Below, piece by piece: positions 1 to 10,636 of a stretch of DNA of 64,000 nucleotides. The DNA is from Alphaproteobacteria bacterium (GTDB lineage: Bacteria; Pseudomonadota; Alphaproteobacteria; UBA828), in NCBI GenBank assembly GCA_965237415.1, contig CBDEFM010000002.1, forward strand, positions 1,632,001-1,696,000, given 5' to 3'. A program made the position numbers and the translations under genes. How positions within the stretch are numbered: position 1 is the stretch's first letter; each line of letters starts with the position of its first letter. The notes beneath the pieces are model-generated. The model did not search any database, was not told the origin of the DNA, and worked only from the letters and a program-made list of their open reading frames with translations.

Positions 1-230
1 GCAGCGCGTAAGTTTCTCTTTCTTATAATGCCAACCGTATGCGTTTCCGAGAAGGATGCGTGCGCGCTGAACGCATCGAAGTAAAGCCGTCTAAGACGGG
101 AGTAGACTCGGATGGCTGTCGAAATTGACGCTAACTCGCGTACCTTATACCTTTCTTGGAGCGGTGGCCTCGAGGGAGGTGCCCTTGAGGCCGGGTACTG
201 CGGCGAAGACCACAGGGAGGGTCGCAGGCG

Positions 231-1208
231 ATGACGGTGGATTTCGGCGTGCGCCGGCTCGGCCACGCGAACGTCAGTGTGCGGAACCTCGACCGTTCCG
301 TCGCATTCTTCGAGACAATCTGCGGCTTCGAGGAGGTCGGCATCGAGGTCGGCACCGGCGCGGGGTTCGTTTCCAATGGCAACAGCCATCACGATGTCGG
401 CATGGTGGAGATCGGCCGCCCCTTCCGCGGCCGCGACGGCGAGGTGATCCTCGAGGAGGGTTTCGAGCAGCCGGGGCTCAACCATCTCGGCTGGGAGGTC
501 GATAACGAGGCGGCGCTGGTGGCGGCAATCGAGCGCGCCGTCGCCGCCGGCTGCAAGGACTACCTCACCATCGACCATACCTTCTCGCACTCCTTCTACG
601 TGCCCGACCCGGACGGCATCTTTCACGAGTTCTATGCCGACGTGATGCACGACTGGCGCTCGGTCTTCAAAGGCGGCCCGATCCCCAACATCTCGGCCCG
701 CTGGGACCGGGCGGCGGAACCGCCGAGCGCCGAGCCCAAGTGGCAGCGTGCGCCGGACTACCAGCGTGTCGCCGACGCGCCGGTCCATCCGCTGCGGACG
801 ACGCGTGCGGTGATGGTAGTGGACGATGTTGAGCGCTCGCTCGGCTTCTATACCGAGTTCGCGGGCCTCGATGTCGCCTACATGGCGCCGGACGCGGCTT
901 ACGCCTACCTGCGGGGCGTTGCGCCGACGCCCGATTTTCACTGCGCGCTCTTCGCCAGGACGAACGGTCTGGAGACGGGCTGCCACCACTTCTCGTGTGA
1001 AATGGCGGACGAAGCGGCGGTTGCCGAAGCCGAGGCTGCGCTTGCCGCACGGGGAATCGAGACCGTGGCCGCGGTCGATGGCGCCACCAAGCGGAGCTTC
1101 TACCTGAGGGACCCAGACGGCTTCCTGGTCGAGTTCTATGCAACCCGCGATTGCGACTTCGCGGCCGCCGCGGCCGCGCCGGCCGCGCGGAGGCCGTTCC
1201 ACGCCTGA
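231..1208 (+). CDS. Two-domain VOC/glyoxalase family protein (extradiol dioxygenase-like)
   Basis: LGHANVSVRNLDRS, NHLGWEV and SFYVPDPDGIFHEFY; second module ends SFYLRDPDGFLVEFY. Confidence 0.85.
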   Translation: MTVDFGVRRLGHANVSVRNLDRSVAFFETICGFEEVGIEVGTGAGFVSNGNSHHDVGMVEIGRPFRGRDGEVILEEGFEQPGLNHLGWEVDNEAALVAAIERAVAAGCKDYLTIDHTFSHSFYVPDPDGIFHEFYADVMHDWRSVFKGGPIPNISARWDRAAEPPSAEPKWQRAPDYQRVADAPVHPLRTTRAVMVVDDVERSLGFYTEFAGLDVAYMAPDAAYAYLRGVAPTPDFHCALFARTNGLETGCHHFSCEMADEAAVAEAEAALAARGIETVAAVDGATKRSFYLRDPDGFLVEFYATRDCDFAAAAAAPAARRPFHA

Positions 1209-1236
1209 GCCGCCGGCGAGCCAGAGAGGTACGACG

Positions 1237-2400
1237 ATGAGCCTGGACTACGTGATCTCTGCGGATTCCCACATCATCGAGCCCCTCGACCTGTGGGAGA
1301 AGGCGCTCGGTGCGAAGTGGGGCGACAAGGTCCCCCGTGTCGTCGACCGCTACAAGGGCATTCCCGGCAACTACTACTTCTTCGGCTATGACTACATCGA
1401 CCTCGGCGTGGTCCAGCCGGAGGACGCGGCGGATTCCACCGAGGAATCCTCGGCCATGGACCCCGAGCTTGCCGACAAGGTGAACCGCTCCAACCAGGAC
1501 CCTGCGCTCCGCCTCGAACTGATGGAGATGGACGGGGTTCAGGCCGAGATCGTCAACTCGACCTTCGCGCTGCTCTGCATGCGGATCGAGCACCCGCAGC
1601 TCGTGCAGGACGTCTGCCAGGTCTACAACGACTGGATCGTCGACTATTGCAGCCACGACCCGAGGCGCCTGCTCGCCTCCGGCATGCTGCCGCCAGACGA
1701 TGTCGACTGGGCCGTCGTCGAGCTCGAACGGCTCGCGAAGAAGGACGTGCGCACGGTCTTCATCTACACCGACGTGAAGCCCCACATGCCGCCCTACCGC
1801 GACCCCTACTACGACCGCCTGTGGGCGGCGGCGGCCGATCTCGACATCCCGGTGACGATCCATATCGTGGCGGGGCGCGTGCGCGACCCCTTCACCATCA
1901 TCCACGATCACGAGCGCGGCGATGTGGCACGGCTCTGGCTCGAGCTCTTCTCCGACGCAGGGCCGATCCTCGCCAACGAGTTCATCTTCGGCGGCATCTT
2001 CGATCGCCATCCCAAGCTGAAGCTCATCCTCGGCGAGTACGAAATCTGCTGGCTGCCCTGGTTCCTGTTCCGCACGCAGCAGCTTCAGGGGGCAGTCGCG
2101 AACTCGCTCAAGGTCACGCCGGTCAAGAAGCCGGTCCAGGAGTATCTGCACACGCAGGTCTGGCACACTTTCGTGGACGACAAGTTCGCCGACCGCGCCT
2201 TCGATGTCGCAGGCCCGTCGCAGGTCATGTGGGGCTCGGACTTTCCCCATCCGCGCAACACCTTCCCCCACAGCCACGAGGTCCTGAACCGGGTCCTCGC
2301 CAATGTCGATGACGAGACCAAGGCGAACGTGGTGGGGCTCAACTGCGCCCGCCTCTTCAACCTCGATATCCCGGCGCCCGCGCGAGCGGCAGCGGAGTAA
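1237..2400 (+). CDS. Amidohydrolase_2 family protein (copy 1)
   Basis: ISADSHIIEP, YNDW, TIH, MWGSDFPH; ATG at 1237 follows a GAGAGG RBS. Confidence 0.9.
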   Translation: MSLDYVISADSHIIEPLDLWEKALGAKWGDKVPRVVDRYKGIPGNYYFFGYDYIDLGVVQPEDAADSTEESSAMDPELADKVNRSNQDPALRLELMEMDGVQAEIVNSTFALLCMRIEHPQLVQDVCQVYNDWIVDYCSHDPRRLLASGMLPPDDVDWAVVELERLAKKDVRTVFIYTDVKPHMPPYRDPYYDRLWAAAADLDIPVTIHIVAGRVRDPFTIIHDHERGDVARLWLELFSDAGPILANEFIFGGIFDRHPKLKLILGEYEICWLPWFLFRTQQLQGAVANSLKVTPVKKPVQEYLHTQVWHTFVDDKFADRAFDVAGPSQVMWGSDFPHPRNTFPHSHEVLNRVLANVDDETKANVVGLNCARLFNLDIPAPARAAAE

Positions 2401-2433
2401 CCCAGTCGGCTCATTGAGCCGAGGAGGCCGGCA

Positions 2434-3597
2434 ATGACCCTGAACTACGTCGTCTCGGCGGATTCACACATCTTCGAGCCCTTCGACCTTTGGGAGAAGG
2501 CGCTCGGCACCAAGTGGGGCGACAAGGTGCCGCGGCTGGTCAGCGAATGCGAGGGCGTGCCTGGCAGCTACTTCTACCTGGGCCATGAATATATCGATCT
2601 CGACAATGTCGAGCCCGAGGAAGCCGCGGATTCGACCGAGGACACCGTACCGCTGGACCCTGACTTGCTCGACAAGGTGAACCGTTGCAGCAGCGACCCT
2701 GGGCTCAGGCTCGAGCTGATGGATCTGGACGGCGTCTCTGCCGAGCTCATCAATTCGAGCTTCCTGCTGTTCAGCATGCGGATCGCCCATCCGCCGCTGC
2801 TTCAGGATGTCTGCACGGTCTACAACGATTGGATCGCCGAGTATTGCGGCCACGCCCCGAAGCGCCTGCTGGCTGCGGCCATGCTGCCAACCGACGATGT
2901 CGACTGGGCCGTGGCCGAGATGCAGCGCCTGGCCAGGAAGGGCATTCGCACCGTCTGCATCTATACGGACGTGAAGCCCCACATGCCGCCCTACCGCGAT
3001 CGCTACTACGATCCGCTGTGGGCCGCCTCGGTTGATCTCGACATGCCGATCACGCTCCACATCGTCACCGGGCAGGTGCGCAACCCCTTTACCATCGTCC
3101 ACGATCACGAGCGCGATCAGATCGCGAGGATGATGATCGAGGTTTTCTCCGACGTGGGCCCGATCCTCGCCAACGAGTTCATCTTCGGCGGCGTCTTCGA
3201 CCGCTTCCCCAAGCTCAAGGTCATTCTCGGGGAATACGAAATCTCGTGGGTTCCCTGGTTCCTGTTCCGCATCCAGCAGATTCAGGGATCGCTCGGCCAG
3301 TCGCTCAAGATCGCGCCGATCGAGAAGCCCGTCGAGGAGTATCTTCATAGCCAGGTGTGGCACGGTTTCGTCGACGACAAGTACGCCGACCGCGCCTTCG
3401 ATGTCGCCGGCCCAACGCAGGTGATGTGGGGATCGGACTTCCCTCATGTGCGGAACACCTTCCCCAACACCCACAAGATTCTCGAGCGGGTGTTGACGAA
3501 CGTGGACGATGAGACCAAGGCGAACGTGGTGGGGCTCAACTGCGCCCGCCTCTTCAACCTCGACGTGCCCGCGTCGGCGCGGGCGGCGGCGGAGTAG
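2434..3597 (+). CDS. Amidohydrolase_2 family protein (copy 2, tandem paralog)
   Basis: Same motifs and same length (387 aa) as copy 1; GAGGAGG RBS. Confidence 0.9.
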   Translation: MTLNYVVSADSHIFEPFDLWEKALGTKWGDKVPRLVSECEGVPGSYFYLGHEYIDLDNVEPEEAADSTEDTVPLDPDLLDKVNRCSSDPGLRLELMDLDGVSAELINSSFLLFSMRIAHPPLLQDVCTVYNDWIAEYCGHAPKRLLAAAMLPTDDVDWAVAEMQRLARKGIRTVCIYTDVKPHMPPYRDRYYDPLWAASVDLDMPITLHIVTGQVRNPFTIVHDHERDQIARMMIEVFSDVGPILANEFIFGGVFDRFPKLKVILGEYEISWVPWFLFRIQQIQGSLGQSLKIAPIEKPVEEYLHSQVWHGFVDDKYADRAFDVAGPTQVMWGSDFPHVRNTFPNTHKILERVLTNVDDETKANVVGLNCARLFNLDVPASARAAAE

Positions 3598-3696
3598 AGG
3601 CGTCACCCGCGGTACAGGCCCGCATCTCTCACCACTGTCGCGGTCCGCTTCCGCCTTCCGCCTGGAGCACGACAAGAAACCTAAACTGGGTCTTAC

Positions 3697-4020
3697 CTAA
3701 TCGGGCATGACCGATGCCAGATAGGACCGCGCAATCGCGTCGAACAGTTTCTTCTCGTCGCCCGACAGGCATGGCCGGATCTCGCCGAGATCGCCGATCG
3801 TGTTGACGTTCGGGATCACCGCGTGATGGCTCGCGCCCTTGAGGCCCTTGTCGTGGAAGCTGCCGTTGCGTCCTTTGCGGATCACCGGCGGAGACGGCAC
3901 GGGGACACGATCGGGACGGCGGCGTAAGCTTTGCCTGCTCGCAGTCCGGCGACGATCTTCGGCACGTCGGCGATCGCGCTCTCCGGCAGGTAGCGCACCT
4001 CGGCACGCGGATACCCCCAC
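3697..4020 (-). pseudogene. DNA topoisomerase III (type IA) internal fragment, frameshifted
   Basis: YPRAEVRYLPE in one frame, then SHHAVIPN...EKKLFDAIARSYLA in another. Confidence 0.7.
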
Positions 4021-4136
4021 CGGGTCGTGAGCTGCTGCCTCGCGCGGTCGCCCCGTTTCTCGATCGGGTTTCGAAAACCCGCCGTGAAGGTCTTGCGGTT
4101 TCCGATCAGGCCCGGAATCACTCAGTCGTAGAGCGC

Positions 4137-4455
4137 CTATAGCTCCTGAAGATTGTTCTCGAGAGGCGTCCCGGTCAGCGCCAGACGCTGGCGGGCGCGA
4201 ATGTCCCGAATGCGTTTCGAGACGCCCGCGGCAGGGTTCTTCACCGCCTGCGCCTCGTCCAGAACGGCGGTGTCGTAGTCGTGGCGGAACAGCGCTTCAT
4301 GGTCCCGGTTCAGCAGCGGGTAGGTCGTGATGACGAGATGATGGTGGGGGATTTCCGGGAAGCGCTCACGCCGGTCGGATCCGTGAAGGACCAGAAGCTT
4401 CAGATCCGGGACAAAGCGTGCGGCCTCGCGCCGCCAATTGCCGACCACCACCCGA
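4137..4455 (-). pseudogene. SNF2-family helicase ATPase fragment
   Basis: NWRREAARFVP, LVITTY, VLDEAQAVKN, LALTGTPLENNLQEL then a stop; no motif I. Confidence 0.85.
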
Positions 4456-5124
4456 TGCACTGACAAATGATCGTCTGCTTGCCGAACGCTGTTGCGCCGC
4501 AGCGCGGCAGGCCGCCGTTGCCCGGGAGGAAGCGGACCTGACGCCACGTGCGGACGCCTCGAGACCTACTACGACGAACTCGTCTGCTGGCGACCGGGAC
4601 GGAGACTTCCCCGTCTCGACAACCCTTGCGTCGATTTCGAGTGGGTTCTTCGCGAGTACGTATGGAGCGGTAGTACCGGTTCTGCTTCATTGGGGTAGAC
4701 AACGGCCCGAGCTGGCCAGATTTTCCGCACATGGCCGGTTTCGCCCGGCCCGGCCGGCGGGTTCACTGGCGGGGACCAGCCGAGCTGCCACAGGGGAGGA
4801 TTTTCTGGCCCCGTCGGGACATCCCCGACACGAGCGATCTGCAAAGGGCTGGGCGAAGCACGAGCCGGCCGCGGCGCTGCTCTCCTGTTACGCCCTGGTG
4901 CAGTCAAATAGCGTCATTCCTCTGTCCCCTCGGACCAAGCATTTTCCGATGGGACTCCGAAGACAACGGTATTGGGAGTCCTTCCCGCAAGCGGCTACAT
5001 TGCTGCTCTCCGGCACGCGGCCCGAGTATGCGGACACCGGTCTCGGGGCAGGCGGCCAGGCGCGGTGCGACAACTTCGAAGGAAGAAAGTGCGCGATGAG
5101 CATTCGGCAAGATTTGGCCGACCG

Positions 5125-5970
5125 ATGAGCGCACACCGTTACTTCACGCCGGTGGCCGGCCTTCCGCCGCAGCAGGCGCTGTTGACCGACCGCGCCGTGA
5201 TCACCGAGGCGTACACGATCATTCCGCGAGGCGTGCTGCGCGACATCGTCACCAGCCGCTTCCCGCACTGGCAGGGCACTCGCGCGTGGGTGCTGTCGCG
5301 TCCGGTCGCGGGATTCGCGACGACGTTTTCCCAGTCAATCGTCGAGCTCGACCCGGGAGGCGGCAGCGAGTGGCCCGAGCCGGGCGGCCACGTCGAATGC
5401 GTGCTGTTCGTCATGGCCGGTGAATTGCGGCTCACGCTCGATGACACCGAACACACGCTTTCACCCGGCGGCTATGCCTATGTAGCGCCGGCCACGCGCT
5501 GGACGGTCGCGAACGCGGGAAACGCGCCCGTCTGCTTCCACTGGATCCGAAAGGCCTATCAGCCCCTGGAAGGTGTCGACGCGCCCGAGTACTTCGTGAC
5601 TTCCGACCACGACGTCGTGCCGGTGCCGATGCCGGACACGGACGGCGCCTGGGCGACGACGCGTTTCGTGGACGGGGACGACATGCGCCACGACATGCAC
5701 GTGAACATCGTGACCTTCCAGCCGGGGGCGTCGATTCCCTTCGCCGAGACCCACGTCATGGAACACGGGCTCTACGTGCTCGAGGGCAAGGCGGTGTACC
5801 GGCTCAACCAGGACTGGGTGGAGGTCGAGGCCGGTGACTACATCTGGCTGCGCGCCTTCTGTCCGCAGGGCTGCTACGCCGGTGGACCCGGGCCGTTTCG
5901 TTACCTGCTGTACAAAGATGTGAACCGCATCGCGAGGCTCCCCGTCCCAGGTGCGCCCGCGCCCGCGTAG
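5125..5970 (+). CDS. allE: (S)-ureidoglycine aminohydrolase (bicupin)
   Basis: GLPPQQALLTDRAVITEAY, DMRHDMHVNIVTFQPG, ETHVMEHGLYVLEG, YLLYKDVNR. Confidence 0.9.
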   Translation: MSAHRYFTPVAGLPPQQALLTDRAVITEAYTIIPRGVLRDIVTSRFPHWQGTRAWVLSRPVAGFATTFSQSIVELDPGGGSEWPEPGGHVECVLFVMAGELRLTLDDTEHTLSPGGYAYVAPATRWTVANAGNAPVCFHWIRKAYQPLEGVDAPEYFVTSDHDVVPVPMPDTDGAWATTRFVDGDDMRHDMHVNIVTFQPGASIPFAETHVMEHGLYVLEGKAVYRLNQDWVEVEAGDYIWLRAFCPQGCYAGGPGPFRYLLYKDVNRIARLPVPGAPAPA

Positions 5971-6615
5971 GGCCCGGCCTTTCCTGATCTGCGGGACCGA
6001 TTGCGGAGTCCGGGGGCGCGACCAGCGCCAGGATTCCCTTCGTCTTGCGAGCCCGCAACCATCGACGCAACCGATGGCGCGCGGGCATCCACGGCTCGAT
6101 ACGCCGCCAGAGCCCTCCGACGCGCGACGCGGTCCCGCTACGCCGGAGGATGAGCCATGCCGCCCGGCGGGCGGGGCTGCCCAGTCGGACGAGAACGTGG
6201 CGTTGATCGTCGATACCCTCTGGCCGCTGGTCCAGCAGGGAACGCTGTCCATCCCGCGCGGCGGCTATCTCATCGGACGCGGACGCGGACGCATCATCGT
6301 CGAGCGCGCATGGCCGTAGCGACCCGGCGCGCGTCGCCGCGCACTGCTCGGCGCATCGTCGATCGGCAGCGAGAGCGCCGCCCGAATTGCCTCACCGGGT
6401 CGATCTGGCCCTGAGCGACGGCGTGGCGGTTGGGCGCCGTATCGGCCATCATGATCGGATCGTGGCACCCGATGTGCGAGGGTCGCCTAGTCACCTGACA
6501 CTGAAGTTGAGATCATTTTCAATTGGCAGTGTCGTCACACTAAGTCGCTCTATTGTCGAAGAATGTGGTCGTGCAATATAGTTGTCTTTATGTGGCGAAC
6601 TTCAGATTCAGGTGA

Positions 6616-6790
6616 CTAGACCGAATACGGATTCGACCGACTTCCCGAGATCCGACCATGGACCCGGCATGGCGTATCGAATTCGACCCAGCGCACCATG
6701 CCGCGTTCGAAATAATCCAGCCCGCGCGCGAACGCCACGTGGCCGATCGCGCGCCGCAGATCGCCTCTCCCGATCGTTTCCAGGCCGATC
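6616..6790 (-). pseudogene. N-terminal relic of a SWIM/SNF2-type helicase
   Basis: Frame missing from the ORF track reads DLRRAIGHVAFARGLDYFERGMV...VHGRISGSRSNPYSV*. Confidence 0.55.
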
Positions 6791-6942
6791 TGCCTGCTTC
6801 CTCTGCCACGGCGTCATGCTGCGGCGGCTTCCAGCGATTCTGCACGGACTCTGTATCCGGCAATACGGCAATCGCTGATCCACCTCACGCCGCGTTCGTC
6901 GCTTGCGCCGCACTAGTCTGGTGCCGCACCCGGGAAAACCGC

Positions 6943-6976
6943 CAGGACCAACCTATTTTCAGGACCAACCTATTTT
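6943..6976. repeat. 17-bp perfect tandem duplication CAGGACCAACCTATTTT x2
   Basis: Read directly. Confidence 0.85.
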
Positions 6977-7341
6977 CGCACGGAACAAAGGGTCAAGTCC
7001 GGTCCCGGCCCGGTATCCCGGCCTGACGATGAACGCGGTCCTGCCTGCCAGTCGAGGCCGATTGCGCCGCCAGCAGGGTGCGTCAAGCCGTTTGCCCGAT
7101 GCCCCGCATCGTGCGCCCTGCGCGCGTGGTCGCGCGACGCGCGGCGCGGCTTTCCTGCCCTGACGGCCCGACAGCACCGCGCAGACCATGACCGTGGTGA
7201 GAAATCCGGGTCAGGTCCGGGGTGACATCATGAGCTGCCGGGGCGACAGGCGACATTCGGCATCGGGGAAGAACGGCAATTCCTGCGATCGGACCTGACG
7301 GGACCATGCACCGGGCTCCGAAGGAACCCGGCCTGTTCCCG

Positions 7342-8553
7342 CTATTCCGGGCTCTCCCTGATCCAACCGTTCTCGAAGACCGGGCCGTCGCAGCCACAGA
7401 AGCGGGCGATGCGGTCGAGTTCGCGCCCGATGCGCTCCAGCCGCCCCTTGCCGAGGCGCACGCCGCGCTCGGGCCAGAGCGCCCGCACGCACAGGCGTCC
7501 CTCCCGGCGGCGCATGTCGATACGCCCGACCAGCCGGTCGCCCTCCAGCAGCGGGAAGACGTAGTAGCCGTATTCGCGCTTCTTCTCCGGCACATAGATC
7601 TCGATGCGATAGCGGAAGCCGAACAGCCATTCGGTGCGCTTGCGGTCGCGCAGCAGCGGGTCGAAGGGGCTGAGCACGCGCACCCCGGCGGGCAGCTCCG
7701 GCGCCCGTTCGGCCTGCTCGCATATGTCGGGACGCGCGAACAGGTGGCGGGCATCGCCGGGCCGCGCGCCTTCCACCTCCGCCTCGACCAGTTCGCTGGC
7801 GTCCCGGGCGGCGCACCAGGACCGCGCCTCGTCGAGAGAAGCCGTGTCCCAGAAGGCCGCGATCTCTCGGGGCGAAGCGAAGCCGAGCCGGTCGAGAGCG
7901 CCCGCGCATGCCCAGTCGAGCGTTTCCCGATCATCCGGCACGGCGGCGCGGAAGGGCTCCGGGATCACGCGGTCGGCCAGGTCGAAGACCTTCTGGAACC
8001 CCTCGCGCCGGTCGATGGCGAGCGCGCCGGTGCGCCAGAGGAATTCCAGCGCCGTCTTCGACGGATGCCAGTCCCACCAGCCGGATGGGTCACTCCGTCG
8101 GCCGCCGCCGAATTCGCGCGCCATGACGGGCCCGCCCTCGCGGATGCGCTCCAGCACGTCGTCGAACCGGTCCTCGAACCCCGCCCGGCGCCAGTTCCGC
8201 CAGCGCGCGCGCAGCATTTCGGCGTCGCGGCGGAACCGCAGCCGCCAATAGGGATAGAACGACATGGGGATGACCGACGCATCGTGGGTCCAGTGCTCGA
8301 ACAGCGCGCGCCGCCGTTCCAGCAAGTCGTCGAGCTGTTGCGGCCGGTAGCTTCTGCGCCGGGAGGCCAGAATCATATGGTGGGCGCGCTCGACCGTGGC
8401 GATGCTGTCGATCTGGACGAAGCCCAGCCGCTCGATCAGCCCTGCAAGATCTTCTCCCTCCGGCTGGCGCCCAAGGCCGTGCCGGTCGAGGAACAGCTTC
8501 CGGGCAACCCGGTTGGAGAGGCGCGGCAGCGGCTTGCCAGCACAGCCACGCAT
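7342..8553 (-). CDS. ycaQ: YcaQ/AlkZ (HTH_42) family crosslink-repair DNA glycosylase
   Basis: LGFVQIDSI (QxD), LFEHWTHDAS, LSPFDPLLRDR, YRIEIYVPEKKREYGYYV. Confidence 0.88.
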   Translation of the reverse strand: MRGCAGKPLPRLSNRVARKLFLDRHGLGRQPEGEDLAGLIERLGFVQIDSIATVERAHHMILASRRRSYRPQQLDDLLERRRALFEHWTHDASVIPMSFYPYWRLRFRRDAEMLRARWRNWRRAGFEDRFDDVLERIREGGPVMAREFGGGRRSDPSGWWDWHPSKTALEFLWRTGALAIDRREGFQKVFDLADRVIPEPFRAAVPDDRETLDWACAGALDRLGFASPREIAAFWDTASLDEARSWCAARDASELVEAEVEGARPGDARHLFARPDICEQAERAPELPAGVRVLSPFDPLLRDRKRTEWLFGFRYRIEIYVPEKKREYGYYVFPLLEGDRLVGRIDMRRREGRLCVRALWPERGVRLGKGRLERIGRELDRIARFCGCDGPVFENGWIRESPE

Positions 8554-9118
8554 GACAACCTCGCCTCGATCCTCTGAACCCACAGCCAATCACTGCATTC
8601 CCTTCAATGCCAGGAGTTTCTCAGCAGCCTGCTTGGCCCCCACCGCCCTCCCGCCAACAACGACGAACCCGCTTCGGAACCAGCCCCGCCTCGGGTGCCA
8701 CTCGAATGCGCTGGTGTGAGATGCTGGCAAGACCGTCGTCAACACTGGCAGTTACCCAACACTCCGGGCGTCAGAGTGCCCGACCGCACTTCACTTCCTT
8801 GTCCGGGCCGTGGGGCGCTCCACCTCGCTCGGCCAGCAGCCGTTACGTACGCCGTGCAGGGGCGGACCAGGCGCGCCGCATCGGGTTCCGGGCAGCGGCC
8901 TACGCCGCGCGCGCCCGTCGCCGGGAAGGGCCATACTGGCGGAGTTTTCCTCCGCCGCGGCGGGGCCATCCCGCCGCTACCGTTGTCTGATTTCTCTCCG
9001 CCGTTGACATAATCATGCTGCCACGCCCCTCACCTAAGGCAAGATGATCGGCTGGAGCATTATTCGGCCGCCATTAACACACGCAATTGACACACGGCCC
9101 CGGTCGTCGTCCGCAGCA

Positions 9119-10636
9119 TCACCATTTGCCGCGCCTCGCCCGAAGGTGCGCACGCAGTCGCTCGACGCCGCGTGCGGAGACGCCAAGACCCTTCCGGGTG
9201 CGCCGCCACAGGATGTCCTCGGCGGTCCGGGCCCACTCGTGCTCGACCAGATACGCGATCTCCGCCGCGTAAAGCCCGGCCCCGAAGTGCTCGCCGAGGT
9301 CAGCGACGCTGCTGCGGCCGGCGAGCAGGGCATGGATGTCGGTGCCGTAGTGGCGGACGCAGTGACGGAGAAGCCGCTCCGGCATCCATGAATAGCGCGC
9401 GGCGCATTGCGCGGTGAAATCACCGATGTCTGCGTTGGGGATGTCTCCACCGGGGAGAGGAGCGTCGTCCGTCCATCGCGATCCATTGACACGGAGAGGC
9501 CCCGCCAGCATGTCCACCGCCCGCTCGGCAAGCCTGCGGTACGTCGTGATCTTGCCACCATATACTGAGAGCATCGGCGCCGGAGCCGGGTCGAGGTGCA
9601 GCACGTAGTCGCGGGTGACCTCGCTCGCGTTCTCGGCCTGGTCGTCGAACAGTGGACGGATACCGGAGTACGTCCACACCACGTCGCGTGGGGCAACGGG
9701 GTTCTCGAAGTAGACGTTGGCGGCGGCACAGATGTAGTCGACTTCCTGGGGCGTGATCTCGACCCGCCCGGGCGCGCCCTCGAACTCCACGTCGGTCGTC
9801 CCCAGCAGGGTGTAGTCCTCCTCGAAGGGGATCGCGAACAGCACGCGGCCGTCGCCGGCCTGGAATATGTAGGGATGAGCGTGGTCGAAGAGCTTGCGCA
9901 CAACGATGTGGCTCCCCTTGACGAGCCTGACTCTGTGCTTCGCCCCGGCGCCGCCTGCGAGCGAGCGGATCCGGCCGACCCATGGACCGCTCGCGTTGAC
10001 GACGCTCCGCGCCCGGACGGTGAAGCGCTCGCCCGACACCCGATCGGCAAGGACCGCCGTCCAGCTCGAGCCGCACGGTGCGAGCGAGACGCAGGCGGTG
10101 CGGGTGCGGACCTCCGCCCCCCTGGCGTGCGCATCGCGGGCGTTCAGTACCACCAGCCGCGAATCCTGCACCCAGCAGTCCGAGTACTCGAAGGCCCGGC
10201 GGTAGCGGCCCTGCAACGCGCGCCCGCTCGCGTGCCGGCGGAGGTGGATGCTCGCGCACGGCGGCAGCAGGCCGCGCCCGCCGAGGTGGTCGTAGAGAAA
10301 GAGGCCCAGCCGGATCATCCACCAGGGGCGCAGCCCGGCGTGATGCGGGAGCACGAAGCGCATCGGCCAGATGATGTGCGGGGCGTTGCGCAGGAGCACC
10401 GCGCGCTCGCGCAGCGAGTGGCGCACAAGTCGGAAGTCGCGGTGCTCCAGGTAGCGAAGCCCGCCGTGGATCAGCTTGGTGCTGGCCGACGAGGTGTGCG
10501 CGGCCAGATCGTCCTGCTCGCACAGCAGAACGTCGAGGCCGCGCCCCGCCGCGTCCCGGGCGATGCCGGTGCCGTTGATGCCGCCGCCGATGACGAGCAG
10601 GTCGACCGTGCGCGGCGACGAACCCCTCACACCCAT
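9119..10636 (-). CDS. glpD: FAD-dependent glycerol-3-phosphate dehydrogenase
   Basis: IGGGINGTG, TSSASTKLIHGGLRYLE, GGKITTYR, EDILWRRT. Confidence 0.95.
   Translation of the reverse strand: MGVRGSSPRTVDLLVIGGGINGTGIARDAAGRGLDVLLCEQDDLAAHTSSASTKLIHGGLRYLEHRDFRLVRHSLRERAVLLRNAPHIIWPMRFVLPHHAGLRPWWMIRLGLFLYDHLGGRGLLPPCASIHLRRHASGRALQGRYRRAFEYSDCWVQDSRLVVLNARDAHARGAEVRTRTACVSLAPCGSSWTAVLADRVSGERFTVRARSVVNASGPWVGRIRSLAGGAGAKHRVRLVKGSHIVVRKLFDHAHPYIFQAGDGRVLFAIPFEEDYTLLGTTDVEFEGAPGRVEITPQEVDYICAAANVYFENPVAPRDVVWTYSGIRPLFDDQAENASEVTRDYVLHLDPAPAPMLSVYGGKITTYRRLAERAVDMLAGPLRVNGSRWTDDAPLPGGDIPNADIGDFTAQCAARYSWMPERLLRHCVRHYGTDIHALLAGRSSVADLGEHFGAGLYAAEIAYLVEHEWARTAEDILWRRTRKGLGVSARGVERLRAHLRARRGKW

Noticed and set aside
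667-3675. Long antisense ORFs here and throughout the window
   Set aside because: Shadow frames of high-GC genes with no motifs
4470-5100. PAS-domain or other gene upstream of allE
   Set aside because: Only vague similarity spread across frames; cannot be supported
5975-6580. Coding remnant after allE
   Set aside because: Some protein-like patches but no recognisable family or consistent frame
8665-8680. LexA box upstream of ycaQ
   Set aside because: GAAC-N8-GAAC; the spacing is 8, not the required 7
8860-9010. Cobalamin or glycine riboswitch
   Set aside because: GC hairpins are present but the conserved core motifs were not found
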